This document shows, piece by piece, positions 1 through 12,545 of a DNA stretch of 64,000 bases. This stretch comes from Antedon mediterranea (Eukaryota; Animalia; Echinodermata): NCBI RefSeq assembly GCF_964355755.1, contig NC_092679.1, positions 10,461,432 to 10,525,431 of the forward strand, given 5' to 3'. A model generated the notes under the pieces. The model worked only from the letters and a program-made list of their open reading frames with translations, was not told the DNA's origin and searched no databases. The position numbers and the translations under genes were made by a program. Every line of letters begins with the position of its first letter. Position 1 is the stretch's first letter.

Positions 1-849
1 ACTCATTTTTTTTTATTATATCTGTTTAAGATATATTTCTTGACTTCTTTTGCAATTATTAAGACAATGTTAAAAAAGGTGTTTATTTTGTTATGAATGT
101 ATTTTGATGAAATCTTGAACTATTTACCGGTATGTGTTTTGTGTTGAAGAGTGAGTTCGATGGTATATCTAGTTCGATTTCCTCATCTTAAGTAATGCCA
201 ACAAGACCACCATCCCATTTAAACTGTTTTCCTTCTGTTCTAGAGCCTGATCCGGGAAGAGAGCACTATTTAAATACAGATTTTTTTTCTTTACATTTTA
301 AATTAATTACAATCTTTTATTCACTGTTATTGGGTCATCTACATCAAACCAAGCTGGTTCATTTGTGTTTAGATGGCAATAAGACGAGCATATAAATGAA
401 AACCAGTAATGGGCAAAACAAATCTGCAAGATACCTTCCTAATAATATAGGTTATAATTACTATCAAATCTCAAATCTCACTTTGGCATATACTTTTAGA
501 CAAATCAGAAATCTTCAATTAATACATTTATAGAGGTTCAAAGTGGCAATTGAAAACAATATTTGAAAATGTGAGTTTAGAAAAGAACTGAATGCATAAC
601 ATAATTATCCTAGTGAACGCCAGCTAGTGACCTGGAGGTTGTTGGAGTTCCACATTACTTAAGTATTAATGATGTATTCTTAGTAAAAGTGAAAATTACG
701 TCAGAGTAGGGCCAAAACATCTGACCAATATTTATCCATCCTTGTAATGTAAAGCTATCCTCTATGTCTATGGTGAATAACTTTACTTCAGGCCATTTTC
801 TCACAAAATATTACATTACAATAAATATAAATATGTATGGTCTGAGCAA

Positions 850-1225
850 TTTGAGACCATTTTTAAATTTCTATGACAAGCCGTTTTTAAGATACAGTAC
901 GAGTCAAGGTCAAGGGTCAATAGTAAAGAAAAAAAGCATTTCCGGTTGCATTTAGTAAAAATGTTCTATTACAACGAATATAAATATATCTATTCCGAGT
1001 ATTTTGATACCAATATCTTGTCATTAGACCAAAGGGTTATGGAGATATGGCCATTTGATCGCCATTTTGAATTTGGGGCTGTTACCATGGTTACGGGATC
1101 GTGAAAATTTGTTACCTAGCATTTTTGGTATCCTAGCACCATAATAAAGTAAAATCAAGTGAAATCCCACTTTGGGCATTAAAATCCTACGGAACCCCTA
1201 TTTTCATACATGAGGAACCTGACTA
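850..1225. mobile_element. Arm of a non-autonomous DNA element ending ...CTGACTA (Academ-like terminus), partial
   Basis: Carries GGTCAAGGTCA and GCCATTTTGAA motifs shared with the long-TIR elements at 6602-9540 and 13960-14421 and ends in CTA; no matching second end seen. Confidence 0.35.
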
Positions 1226-1380
1226 TATGTAAAAAATAAAGAAAACAAACATTATATACAAAATACATGAAAAGCATAAACATACATAGGTTACATTATT
1301 GGATAAAGGATAATTTTATTAGGGTTCATTTTGGAAATATCCTATAGAAAATATATACTTAAATTTAAACTTATAATGAT

Positions 1381-4300
1381 AACTAGACATGAAACTCGTC
1401 ACTTTGACGAGTTAGTTATCCGCACCACGACAAACGCCACGTGCACGTCATACGTTGGAATATTGCACACAGATAAAGTTTATGTCATTATGACAAGAAC
1501 TGAAGAATATGATATGCTGTTAGTGCTGAATTCTGTCAATTTTGTGTCATATAGTATATACATGCAAACACTACAGTATAATCTGTATACATATTACATA
1601 CAGTGTAGAATAGGTGAAATTACGGGACCCGCCATTTATTCCAATTTTTAACATGGCGACGGTATCAAAATGAAACACTTAGATAGCAATTTCAGAAGGA
1701 AATTATCTTAGGAACAACATATTAACGTGTAGAAGAAATTTGAATACGTAAAATATAGATGCGCACCCTTTTAAATGTGATGAACTATTACGCAAAATAT
1801 GAAAATACAACTTTTTTTATTCAACTGGCCATATGATGACGTCACAACATCCGATTGGCAAAATGTTTACATGAATTCGTATCTACAATCCAATAGCTTC
1901 CAGAAAACGTTTTAATCGTGATTATCACATTTTATTCTTACGAGCTATTACAGAATAAAATTTACTGTAAAGATGAAATTAATGACCCACGTAATTGAAA
2001 TTTTTAGGCATGATGACGTCATAAAAATTAAAATATTTTTATCTCATGCTAAAGAAAGTTGATTGACCTACACAATATATAAATGTAGGAGAAAAAGGAA
2101 TACAGATAAGCGTGATGCGCTCCATTGAATGTGATGAGCAATAACGAAAGAGACAAAAATCCTATATTTTACATTCGTGTGGCCATACGATGACGTCACA
2201 ATGTTTTTTTAGCCTTATCGATGCATGATCCGTTATCTACAACTCATCAACTTCAAGATTTTGTAATAAAAATAAACGGTTCACGGTTTACTTTAGAAAC
2301 TATGACTGTTTAAAAAAAGACAAAATGTTGACGATTTTTAAAGCTTTTTCATAAAAAACGCGCATGAAATGTTTAATTCAACGTGTTCGTATGGCGTTAT
2401 TTAAATTGGAAAAGGTCTAAATTGTTTTCAAAATTACTAGGAAAGGCTTGAAAAATATAATTCAAGAGAAAAAAATATGTTTTTAACGCTACGTGCGCAC
2501 CGCGTACGTAAAAAATTGCGCGCCCGTGGGAATTTTTGACATGCTCAAAATGACAAGAAACGCATAAAAAGTTGATTGGAAATTAATTTTGCGCATTTTG
2601 AAATTTTAAATGCGCGTGCGCGCGTAACTTCTTGTGAAACATGCCATTTTTAATCCGTAGAAAGTTTGCCCCTGATATGACTTAAATTTTGTCAAAGTGT
2701 CAATACTAAATGACTTTTGGTTTTTAATCTATGATCAATCATTGAAATTCATAAAATTGCGCGTAAGTCACGTTGCGCAACTATGACGTCATTCAAAAAT
2801 AGGAGGTGCACAACTTCACGTAAATGCCCATATGTTGTCAAAGTAATGAAATGTTATGTTTACACATTTTAGAGAAACGCGATCCACAAAAAGGAAGGAT
2901 GGAAAGAAGAACTAGACATGAAACTCGTCACTTTGACGAGTTAGTTATCCGCTCGACAAACGCCACGTGCACGTCATACGTTAGAATATTGCACACAGAG
3001 AAATATTAAGGCATTATGACCTGAACTGAAGAATATGATATGTTGTTATTTCTGAATTCTGTTATTTTGTGTCATATAGTATACACAGTACAATCTGTAT
3101 ACATATCACAAACAGTGTAAAATAGGTGAAATTACGGGACCCGTATTTTATTTCAGAATGAAATTATCTCAGCAACAAAATATTAACGTGTAGAAGAAAT
3201 TTGAATACGTGAAATATTGATGCGCGCTCTTTTAAATGTAATGAAATATAACGCAAAAGATGAAAATACGACTTTTTGTATTTAACTGGCCATATGATGA
3301 CGTCACAACATTCGATTGGCACAATTTTCACATGATTTTGTATCTACAATACAATAGCTTCCTGAAAACGTTTTAATCCTGATTATACGAGCTATAACAG
3401 ATTAAAATTTACTGTAAAGATGAAATTAATGACCAACGTAATTTAAATTTTTAGGCATGATGACGATAAAAAAATTAAAAAATGTTTAATTCATGCAAAA
3501 GATAGTTGATTGACCTAGAATATATTAAAATCAGGGTGAAAATCGACTACGAATAAGTGGAGATGCGCTCTATTAAATGTGATGAGCTATGACGAAAGAG
3601 ACAAAAATCCTATATTTTATATTCGCGTGGCCATAAGATGACGTCACAATGTCCGGTTAGCCATATTAATGCATGATTCAATATCTACAACTCATCAACT
3701 TCCAGAATATGTAATTAAAAAAAAGTTCTCCATGTAGTTTAGAATCTATGACTGTTTAAAAATAGGCATAATTTTGACGAATTTTTGAACTTTTTCACCA
3801 GAAACGCGTGCAAATTATTTAATTCGACGTGCTCGTATGACGTAATTTTAAGTCGAAATTGTTTAAAGGTTGGTGACATTACTATAAAAGGCTGAAAAAA
3901 CATGAATCACGCGAAAAAAATATGTTTTTAACTCTAAGTGTGCACCGCGTGCGTAAAACGTTTCGCGCGCGTGGGAATTTTTGACATGCTCAAAATGACA
4001 TGAAACGCATAGAAAGTTGATTAGAAGTTGATTTTTCGCACTCTAAAATTTTAAACGCGCGTGCGCGCGTAACTTTTTGTGAAACATGCTATTTTTAATC
4101 CATAGGAAGTTTGCGCTTGATGTGACTTAAATTTTCACAAAGTGTCAAAACAAAATTATGTTTCGTTTTTAGTCTATGATCAATCATTGAAATTCATAAA
4201 ATCGCGCGTAAGTCACGTTGCGCAACTCTGACGTCATTCAAAAATAGGAGGTGCACAAGTTCACGTAAATGTCGATATGTTGACAAAGTTACGATATGTT

Positions 4301-4510
4301 CTGTTTACACGTTTTAGAGAAACGCGACGCACAAAAATGACAGAAGGAAAGAAGTATAATACAGAAAAAAAAAAAAAAAAAGATGATGAAACAGGACGAT
4401 TACAAGGAGTTATCCGCTACTAAGCGGATAACTAATAATACAGAAAAAAACTGTTGATCTCATACAATAACAAGGAGTTATCCGCTTGGTATACCAAGCG
4501 GATAACTAAT
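1381..4510 (-). mobile_element. Helentron-associated non-autonomous element (HINE/DINE-1-like), outer copy
   Basis: Plus strand starts AACTAG, then a palindrome AACTCGTCA-CTT-TGACGAGTT (1393-1413) and a subterminal repeat TTAGTTATCCGC. The far end is the hairpin AGTTATCCGCTTGGTATACCAAGCGGATAACT (4476-4508). This is the subTIR + hairpin + CTAG-TT architecture read on the minus strand. Confidence 0.8.
2910..4436 (-). mobile_element. HINE, inner copy of the same family, inserted in the outer copy
   Basis: Same AACTAGACATGAAACTCGTCACTTTGACGAGTTAGTTATCCGC end; collinear with 1381-2909 over about 1.4 kb; has its own end hairpin AGTTATCCGCTACTAAGCGGATAACT. Confidence 0.8.
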
Positions 4511-4905
4511 TATAAAAGAATATTTATTGTACCGTATACCATAACAGAGATAAAGAACATAGTACACATAATAATATTTACATTAAACTCATTTTTAATC
4601 ATTTTTTGATCAATCATAGTTCCTCTACAGTTTCTTTTTCTTAAGAAATCTTACCATTTCTTTATTTTTGTAAAATTCAAAGTTATTAAAATTATTATTT
4701 TTATTTTCTCAACTTTACAAAATGTTTCAAGGTGAATTGAATATTTTACCTTTGACTCAATGAAAACAAATTGTTAGCCTTTTGTGACAACAAAATACAG
4801 ATGTAATTAATCTGACAATATCTGGCTAATGCTGATGGCAGTGTCAATGGTGTGCAGAAATATAACATTTTTTTTTATTGTTAAAAATATCTGTTTTGAT
4901 TTTAG

Positions 4906-5004
4906 GAGGAGCAAGAACAGTTAGTGAGATACAATGCAGAGAAAATAGAAAAACCTGCAATAGCAAGTAGCTGGAAGCCTGCATTCTTTGGATCTCGAAG
5001 ATAG
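4906..5004 (+). CDS. Probable terminal coding exon of an unidentified host gene (EEQEQLVRYNAEKIEKPAIASSWKPAFFGSRR*)
   Basis: T-rich tract and TTTTAG acceptor at 4891-4905, followed by 32 open codons of protein-like composition and a TAG stop, in non-repetitive sequence. No upstream exon was identified in the window. Confidence 0.45.
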   Translation, partial: EEQEQLVRYNAEKIEKPAIASSWKPAFFGSRR

Positions 5005-5131
5005 ACAAAGAACTAGACAATAATATATTCTGGCATACATTCTGTATTCATATAAATTGAATATTCTATTTCAAACCAAAACTCAATCCACTATTCTGCA
5101 GTTCTTGTGATTGTAAGCAAGAAGTAATTAA

Positions 5132-5651
5132 AGACGTATTGTCCTTTGAAACACAACAAATAAAGGTAAAAATATTCTAAATTTACATTGGCCATATCAA
5201 AGTTATATTAAAGTTAATTCAATTTAAGTCGAAAATTTGAGCCAAAAACAACAAGTTTACGTGATTAACAGGGAAATTAATTTGATTACGTCTGGAAAAT
5301 CGCTGTGAGCGAAAGTAAACAAAAATTTCAAACCATGAGTATGCATTATGCATGATGCTAATTAGGATTGTTTACAACTCATCACGGTTGAGAAGGTTTT
5401 TTCACACCGATCGCAAGGAAGTTTATGATTATGCATACAGAGTAGCCAAACCAGCATGTTGCATTATGAGATATGTTTTGATCGAAAACTTTGAACAATA
5501 AAACGTCTGTATTTCAGTTAAATAAATTATTTTTTTAAGTAATTTTTTGTGAAAGTTAATAACTATTATGATACTTTAAAATTACCCACTTTTTTTCGAC
5601 ATTTTTTTTTTTTTTTTTTTTTGGGGAATTAGTCAAATGGACAATACATCT
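5132..5651. mobile_element. Kolobok-like MITE
   Basis: TIRs AGACGTATTGTCC / GGACAATACATCT (1 mismatch), flanked by TTAA on both sides (5128-5131, 5652-5655). A TTAA TSD with AG..CT ends is typical of Kolobok. Confidence 0.75.
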
Positions 5652-5869
5652 TTAAAATATGCTTGATCAATGACATTGTGTAATGTATAGATTTTAAATA
5701 TTCTGTCATGATCCAGGATCAAACAACAGAAAGAGCATAGATTTGTGCTGTGCTCAAGAGGCCTGTTATCAACAACTTTAAAAATGGAAGTGCAAATAAT
5801 ATCAAAGAATAAAGTTCAGGTATACATTGTATATAAACAGTTTTTGTCACGCTGTATGTACATTAAAAT

Positions 5870-6271
5870 TGTGGTCCCTATTTTGGACACAACTAGCACT
5901 TCCACATTCTGGACAGAAATTTCCCCATTTTGGACAAATCGGATTTCTCTATATTGGACAGCTTCCCTATTTTGGAGACAGCACTTCCCCATTCTGGACA
6001 GAAATTTTCACATTTTGGACAAATCGGATTTCTCTATATTGGACAGCTTCCCCATTCTGGACAGAAATTTCCCCAATTTGGACAAATCAGATTTCTCTAT
6101 ATTGGACAGCTTCTCTATTTTGGACACATCACTTCCCCATTCTGGACAGAAATGTCTCCATTTTAAACAAATGGGATTTTTCTATATTGGACAGCTTCCC
6201 TATTTTGGACAGCACTTCCCCATTCAGGACAGAAATTTTCCAATTGTGGACAAAATTCACCAACCCCTCTC
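5870..6271. repeat. Dispersed element made of tandem ~20-bp TGGACA-containing subunits, copy 1
   Basis: Repeating GGACAAATCGGATTTCTCTATATT / GGACAGCTTCCCTATTTT / GGACAGAAATTT units, ending GGACAAAATTCACCAACCCCTCTC exactly like the copy ending at 55504. It explains the three overlapping repetitive ORFs. Confidence 0.85.
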
Positions 6272-6439
6272 CAACTTAGCCCCCCCCCCCCCCCCCAACA
6301 CATGGTTGAGCCTGTGGCAAAACGAATTATTATGTTATGACACCCCTAATTTTTGCCACCGAGCTGAATGGTTTGATACGAATGTCTCCTCATGGCTTTG
6401 TGTAGGTTTTGCTAGTAAAATGTCGGTCAACTTCAAGTC

Positions 6440-6602
6440 TGCTGGAGACTGCCAAAATCCTTTTACGTGGAGCCAAAAAGCAGTTAAATGCGATGAATGC
6501 CAAGGATGGACTCACACTAGCTGCATGGGCATGAACACTGTTAATTATAAGTTCTTGCTAATTTGAACATTTCATGAATTGTTGCAATTGTGGAATGCCC
6601 AA
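6440..6602 (+). pseudogene. PHD-finger fragment, N-terminal part of the CR1-clade LINE that resumes at 9543
   Basis: Translates to GDCQNPFTWSQKAVKCDECQGWTHTSCMGM...(frameshift)...CCNCGMPN, which has PHD Cys/His spacing. Confidence 0.65.
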
Positions 6603-9540
6603 TAAAAATAGCCAAGTTGTGCACTTTATTACCAAAGCATGAAACTTTCCACAAAGTTTCTTTGATGTATATAGATTCAAAATATCGGGGGGGGGGGGGT
6701 TGCCAAGTTTCCAACGTTCGGTATGGCGGCCATCTTGATTTCAAAATGGCCACCATAAAAACAAAAAGTGTTCATATCTTGACAACTATAAACAGTAGAG
6801 ACTTGATTCTAGTGTTAAATGGTTCACAACCCACATATTTCTATTTGCTCTAATGAAAAGTTTCGTCCAAAAATGACTGGAAATGACGTTTCTTCCAGTT
6901 TGACCTTTAACCTCTTATCTGTATATCTCAGTAACTACTGATCATTTTCAATCGATTTTGGTGTAATTGTAATTTTGTTCAGAATATAGACATTTATATT
7001 TGTAGTAATGAAACATTTTCACATAAAATGACTGGAAATACAATTTATAACCTTTGACATATATAATTATGTGAACATACTGTATGTGGTTTACATTGGT
7101 ATAAATGCACCTAATTTTTTTACCGAAATAAATGACACTTAACGCAAAAATTACCAGGAATTATTATTCTGAATTTTTTACTTTTGATGTGATAGGATAG
7201 GCATAAAGTATGACAGATCACTGAGCTCATCTATGCCGACTTGTTTGCTAAACTGTGATGTGTCAATCGTTAGATAAAAGTTTTGGTCCTCTCTCCTTCA
7301 TCTTTTCTTTTTTTTTTGTAATGTATTATACCATATGGACAATTGTCTGAAATAAAAGTTGAATTGAATTGTTAGATGCCATTTGGAAAAATTTTTGATG
7401 TAAAGTAGCATTCTTTCGTTGGCCTCTTTGATGTTGCATATGAGACAAGTTCGGAAAGTTCTCATTTTCATGAGTTAAGAGAAGAGAACACCGTCTTTCA
7501 AAGTACTTACTACAAACTTATCCTGCATTTGTGCAGTAGACCTACTTTCATTAGTCAGAATCTCAGATAATTCTTGTTCATTTTCGTTGCATCTAAAAAA
7601 TGGGCCTTTGCTGTAAACCTTTCATCTGAATCCTTTTCCTCGATTTTCTCTAGTCATTGATTTTGTAGCAAAATCCGAACCAAATCAATTCGTAAAAGAC
7701 ATCTCAATATAATTATTCAAGTAATCCTCAAATTAGTGACATGGACCAACAATATACTGTTCTGTACAAGACCTTTTTAGGCATCCACCTGTGGACTTTC
7801 ACTTTGAAGGTCTTGGTCTCCTAATCATACAAGAAACAATGTCTGATTTAATCAATCAAAGTAGTGGGTCCAGACAAAGAAGGGGGTGTAACACCATCCA
7901 CATACAAAGAAGGGGGTATAAGACCATCCACAGACAAAGAAGGGGTATAAGACCATCCACAGACCAAGAAGGCGGTGTAGGACCATCTACTGACAAAGAA
8001 ACAGGTATAGGACCACTTACAGACAAAGAAGGGGGTATAAGACCATCCACAGACAACGAAGGGGGTGTAGGACCATCCACAGACAAAAAAGGGGGTGTAG
8101 GACCATCCACAGACAAAGACGGGTGTGTAGGACCATTCACAGACAAAGAAGGGGTGTAAGACCATCTACAGACAAAGAAAGGGGTGTAAGACCATCCACA
8201 CACAAAGAAGGGGGTATAAGACCATCCACAGACAAAGAAGGGGTATAAGACCATCCACAGACCAAGAAGGCGGTGTAGGACCATCTACTGACAAAGAAAC
8301 AGGTATAGGACCACTTACAGACAAAGAAGGGGGTATAAGACCATCCACAGACAACGAAGGGGGTGTAGGACCATCCACAGACAAAAAAGGGGGTGTAGGA
8401 CCATCCACAGACAAAGACGGGTGTGTAGGACCATTCACAGACAAAGAAGGGGTGTAAGACCATCTACAGACAAAGAAAGGGGTGTAAGACCATCCACACA
8501 CAAAGAAAGGGGTGTAATACCATCAACAGACACAGAAGGGGGTATAAGACCATCCACAGACAAAGAATGGGGTATAAGACCATCTACAGACAAAGAAGGA
8601 GGGTTAGGACCATATTAACCGAGGAAGCATACAAAAAGGAGATGCAATCAAAATAGGCCTACCACTTGGAAAACAATAAATTGTAGAATAACTGAGGCTT
8701 AATTGTTGAAATATAAAGGGTTCTTTGTAAGGTCATTAATAATATATTGATATAAACACGATCATCATACTATTCATTTGACATTCAAATACAGTCTATC
8801 TCGAAAAGAAGCTCATACTATCACCTTTTAGAGGTTTTACGGTATTCCATAACATGTATGTTATTTCCTCTGTCAAAATATTAAAACTTTTAGCGAATCA
8901 GAAGGTGCCAACATCGTTGAACTAATGGTACCACCAAGCACAAAGTTTACCAATTTTATGTACTATATACAATTTAAGTCCATTAATCATTTAATATAAT
9001 TAAAAGTCAAAATTCAAAATTAGGTGCATTTAAGACCAACAAACACCACATACAGTATATTCACATAATTAAAAATCAATAAATAAATGTCAAAGGTCAT
9101 AAATTGTATTTCCGGTCATTTTATTTGAAAATGTTTCATTACTACAAATATAAATGTATTTATTCTGAACAAAATGACACAAAAAACGGTTGAAAATGAC
9201 CAGTAGTTACAGAGATATACAAATACGAGGTCAAAGGTCAAACTTTAAGAAACGTCATTTCCGGTCATTTTTGGACGAAACTTTTCATTAGAGCAAATAG
9301 AAATATATAGTTTGTGAACAATTTGAGACCAGAACTAAGTCTCTAATGTGTATAGTTGCCAAGATATGAACATGTTTTGTTTTTATGGTGGCCATTTTGA
9401 AATCAAGATGGCCACCATACCGGACGTTGGACACTTGGCACCCCCCGATATTTTGAATCTATATACATTAAAGAAACTTTGTGCCAAGTTTCATGCTTTG
9501 GTAATAAAATGCACAGCTCATGTCATTAACTGCTCTACTA
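6602..9540 (-). mobile_element. Academ-like DNA transposon derivative with ~500-bp inverted arms
   Basis: 6610-7140 is the reverse complement of about 9020-9515; right terminus ...CTCTACTA. Minus-strand 7380-7730 gives a degenerate RIDLV..TRENRGKG..FFRCNENEQEL..VVSTLKDGVL..CNIKEANERMLL, resembling the XPG-like region (CNHEEADTRMLLH) of Academ proteins. Confidence 0.65.
7868..8615. repeat. 29-30-bp minisatellite (CCATCCACAGACAAAGAAGGGGGTGTAGGA), ~25 units, with a 298-bp higher-order duplication
   Basis: Tandem units directly visible; the variant AGACCAAGAAGGCGG recurs at 7961 and 8259. Confidence 0.95.
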
Positions 9541-9542
9541 TA

Positions 9543-11539
9543 ACTTCAGATTTCAACTTGGAGCAGCAGGTTATGTATCCTACTCGACAGAATAGGATTT
9601 TGAATTTATTCTTCACAAATAACTCTACCCTAGTCAGTAGTTCCAATGTAATACCGGGATCTAGTGATCACGACGGAATTGCAGTAATCACCATGAACTT
9701 GAAACAAACACTAAATGTCAGAAACCGCACAAAGTTTATTTGCAAACATGATCGAACTCGAACAGGACATGAAAAACTTCAGTAACAATTTTGTAGAAAC
9801 TATCACCCAGCAAAATTACACCAGGAGTGATGTTATTTGTGTGGAGGATTCGTAGAAACAATTTAAAACCAAGTTTGAATTGATGGACAAACATATACCA
9901 ACTAAAATGTCTGGGAACAACAAACAAACTACCGTGGATAAACAATAAAATTAAGAGAATGTTACGGCTCAAACAGAAAGCCTACAACAAAGCCAGAAAA
10001 TGTAGCAGACTGGTACAAATTTAAAAATATACGGACACACACCTTTAAAATAACAAGATCTGCTCACAGGAGACATATCCGTGAATTTTGCTTGGGATCA
10101 AAAAAACAGTTTTGGTCTTTTGTAAAAAGTTTAAAGAAAGACTCCTCTGGCATATCCAGCACTTAAAGATCAAGGATCGGTAATATCGGATAACATCGCA
10201 AAAGCGGAAATACTAAATGCCCAGTTCACATCTGTTTTTACTAGGGAGGATTTAACATCTATCCCCAAGTTGAGCCCTGTAAACACACACCTATTCCTGA
10301 TATTACTGTTGGCACGGCATTGAAAATATACTCAAAGGACTCGCACCAAATAAAGCTCCAGGTCCTGATGGAATACACCCACATATTTTAAAGGAATTAG
10401 CCACTGATCTGGCCCCTATTTTAACAATAATCTACCAATGCTGGAAATTAGCATAAACATCACCCTAATTTTCAAAAAGGGGGAGAGACCTAAACCAAGC
10501 AATTATTGGCCAGTATCGCTTACTTCGGTGTGCTGTAAGTTGCTTGAACACATGGTCCACATTATGGACTATTTTGATAAACACCATACTCTCACCGATC
10601 AACAACATGGATTTAAGAGCAAGCATTCGTGTGAAACGCAACTTATCCAAACTGTACATGATCTCACCTTTGCACAAAATAGCCAACACCAGACCGATGT
10701 TGTAGTGATGGACTTGTAGTAGCACATCAGCGTTTACTTATGAAATTATCACATTATGGAATCTAACTTCATAATTGGATTTCTGCATTTCTTGTAAACC
10801 GATCACAGCGAGTAATTGCACTCCAAATGGGCGCGGCCAATGTTTTGTCTGGAGTAGGCCTACCACAAGGGGCGGTTTTAGGTCCGCTTTTGTTCCTCAT
10901 TTATATAAACGATCAACCAAATGGAATAAACTGTACCACCCGTTTATTCACGGACGACTGCGTCTTGTATAACAAAAATCAAAATTACTGCAGCAAGATC
11001 TCGACACTCTGTTAATATGACAGAGAAAATGGCAGATGTCGTTTAATGTAAACAAATGCTTTCTCCTCAGAATTGCGGTATCAAAAAATCCAATTGCCGA
11101 ACAATACAGTCAGGAAATTCCATCTTGTAAGAAACTCACACCCACACCTATTTAGGTGTTGACATTGCTCACAATCTGAAATGGAACACACACATTTACA
11201 GAATAGTTAGCACAGCCAATAAAACTCGGTTTTGCTCGCCGAAACCTAAGTTTCTGTAATAAGGACACTCAAGCAACTGCATACACTTCATTTGTAAGGC
11301 CAACCTTAGAATATTGTTCTGGGGTCTGGGACCCCTTCAACACTGAACTCGGACAAAAAATTGGTAAAATTCAACGGCGAGCAGCCAGAATGGTCCATAA
11401 CAATTATGACTGGCAACAGAGTGTAACAGAACCAATAAAAGATCTGAATTGGGAACCACTTTCCATAAGGCGAAAAACATCATGTCTTGTTATACTTTAC
11501 ATAAAGCCACGGGGGCCATCTGGCTCTGCCACTCCATTC
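9543..11539 (+). pseudogene. CR1-clade LINE ORF2 (APE endonuclease C-terminus + reverse transcriptase), disrupted
   Basis: Motifs PTRQNRILNLFFTN..SDHD, KAPGPDG, FKKGER..SNYWPVSLTSVCCKLLEH, QHGFKSKHSCETQL, SGV(GL)[29 protein letters not shown]; many frameshifts and stops. Confidence 0.92.
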
Positions 11540-12199
11540 TTAGGCCAAAGGAAAAAAAATAGTTTGTTTGCTGTCATCCGCCGCCCCTAATTTGGCAAAA
11601 AATTTGGGGCGGAGATAAGAAAAAGTTGTTTTTTTACGTTGAGGGCGCTTTTAAAAAAAAAGTTTTTTTATGATTTTTTTTGGCCAAAAAGGTGTAAAAA
11701 TCGAGTGTGCGAGGATGAAACAATAAAAATAATAACGTAGCGTATATTTCGGTGTATAATCGCACTTTTGACACGCAAATTTAACCTCTAAATTAAGGGT
11801 GCGTCTTATACACCGAACATAAATGCCTCAACACACAGATATCGGCGCTAGTTCCGTTTCGCACCTGTTTTTATTTCGACTTCCTTCCAGTCAAAATTAC
11901 CATCTTGGCTTGATGAGGCAATATTATTAGTTAGTTATTTTGCCACCAGTGCTATCAGGAGAGTCTTTTATAGCGATATTTTTTGCTTTTTGACAATCCG
12001 CCAGGATAGTGTTCTGCGCTTTTTCTCTGCTTGTTGTTGTTCTTTGTAATTTTTGCTTTTTGTATTGTTTTTGCTTTATATTTTTTCTGGATAATAAATG
12101 AATATGAATATGAATAATATAACACATCCAGCTCATAACACTATACAACAAAATCTTTGAAACCAGAAGAAATGAAGAGAAGCAATGATAATTATACTT

Positions 12200-12545
12200 T
12201 AATCAACAAAAACATGACAAAACTGACATCAACCATTACCGACCAAACGAACATTATCACATGTACACAAATAATTTACAAAAGTAATCAAAAAACAAAA
12301 TCAAAGACCGACTAGAAGTAAATAAACCATGGCTTTGTAGGACCATCTTATACAGTTTGTCAATCAACTAAAATAAAAAGGAAATGAATATCACCAAATC
12401 TTTGATTTAGAGATTATCAGAAAGCATTTGAGGGAAATATTATACCTCAACAAATATTGATTACGATCGTTCAAAGAGAAGTTAAGGAAGATTAGTAAGA
12501 CAAGGCGACACTTAAGATCTTCACTGCATTGGAAGAGGTGTTTAA
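12200..12545 (+). pseudogene. Highly degraded RTE-type reverse transcriptase fragment
   Basis: Fragments resembling KHDKTDINHYRP, DYQKAF, VRQGDT and FTALEEVF. Confidence 0.5.

Noticed and set aside
1331-1651. Paralogous small ORFs at 1331 and 2824
   Set aside because: The shared peptide comes from the non-coding HINE terminus.
5745-6566. 273-aa ORF as a host gene
   Set aside because: It is a read-through of a tandem-repeat element fused to a LINE PHD fragment; all three frames are open because of the repeat.
7791-8618. Six repetitive ORFs on both strands
   Set aside because: They are by-products of a stop-poor 30-bp minisatellite.
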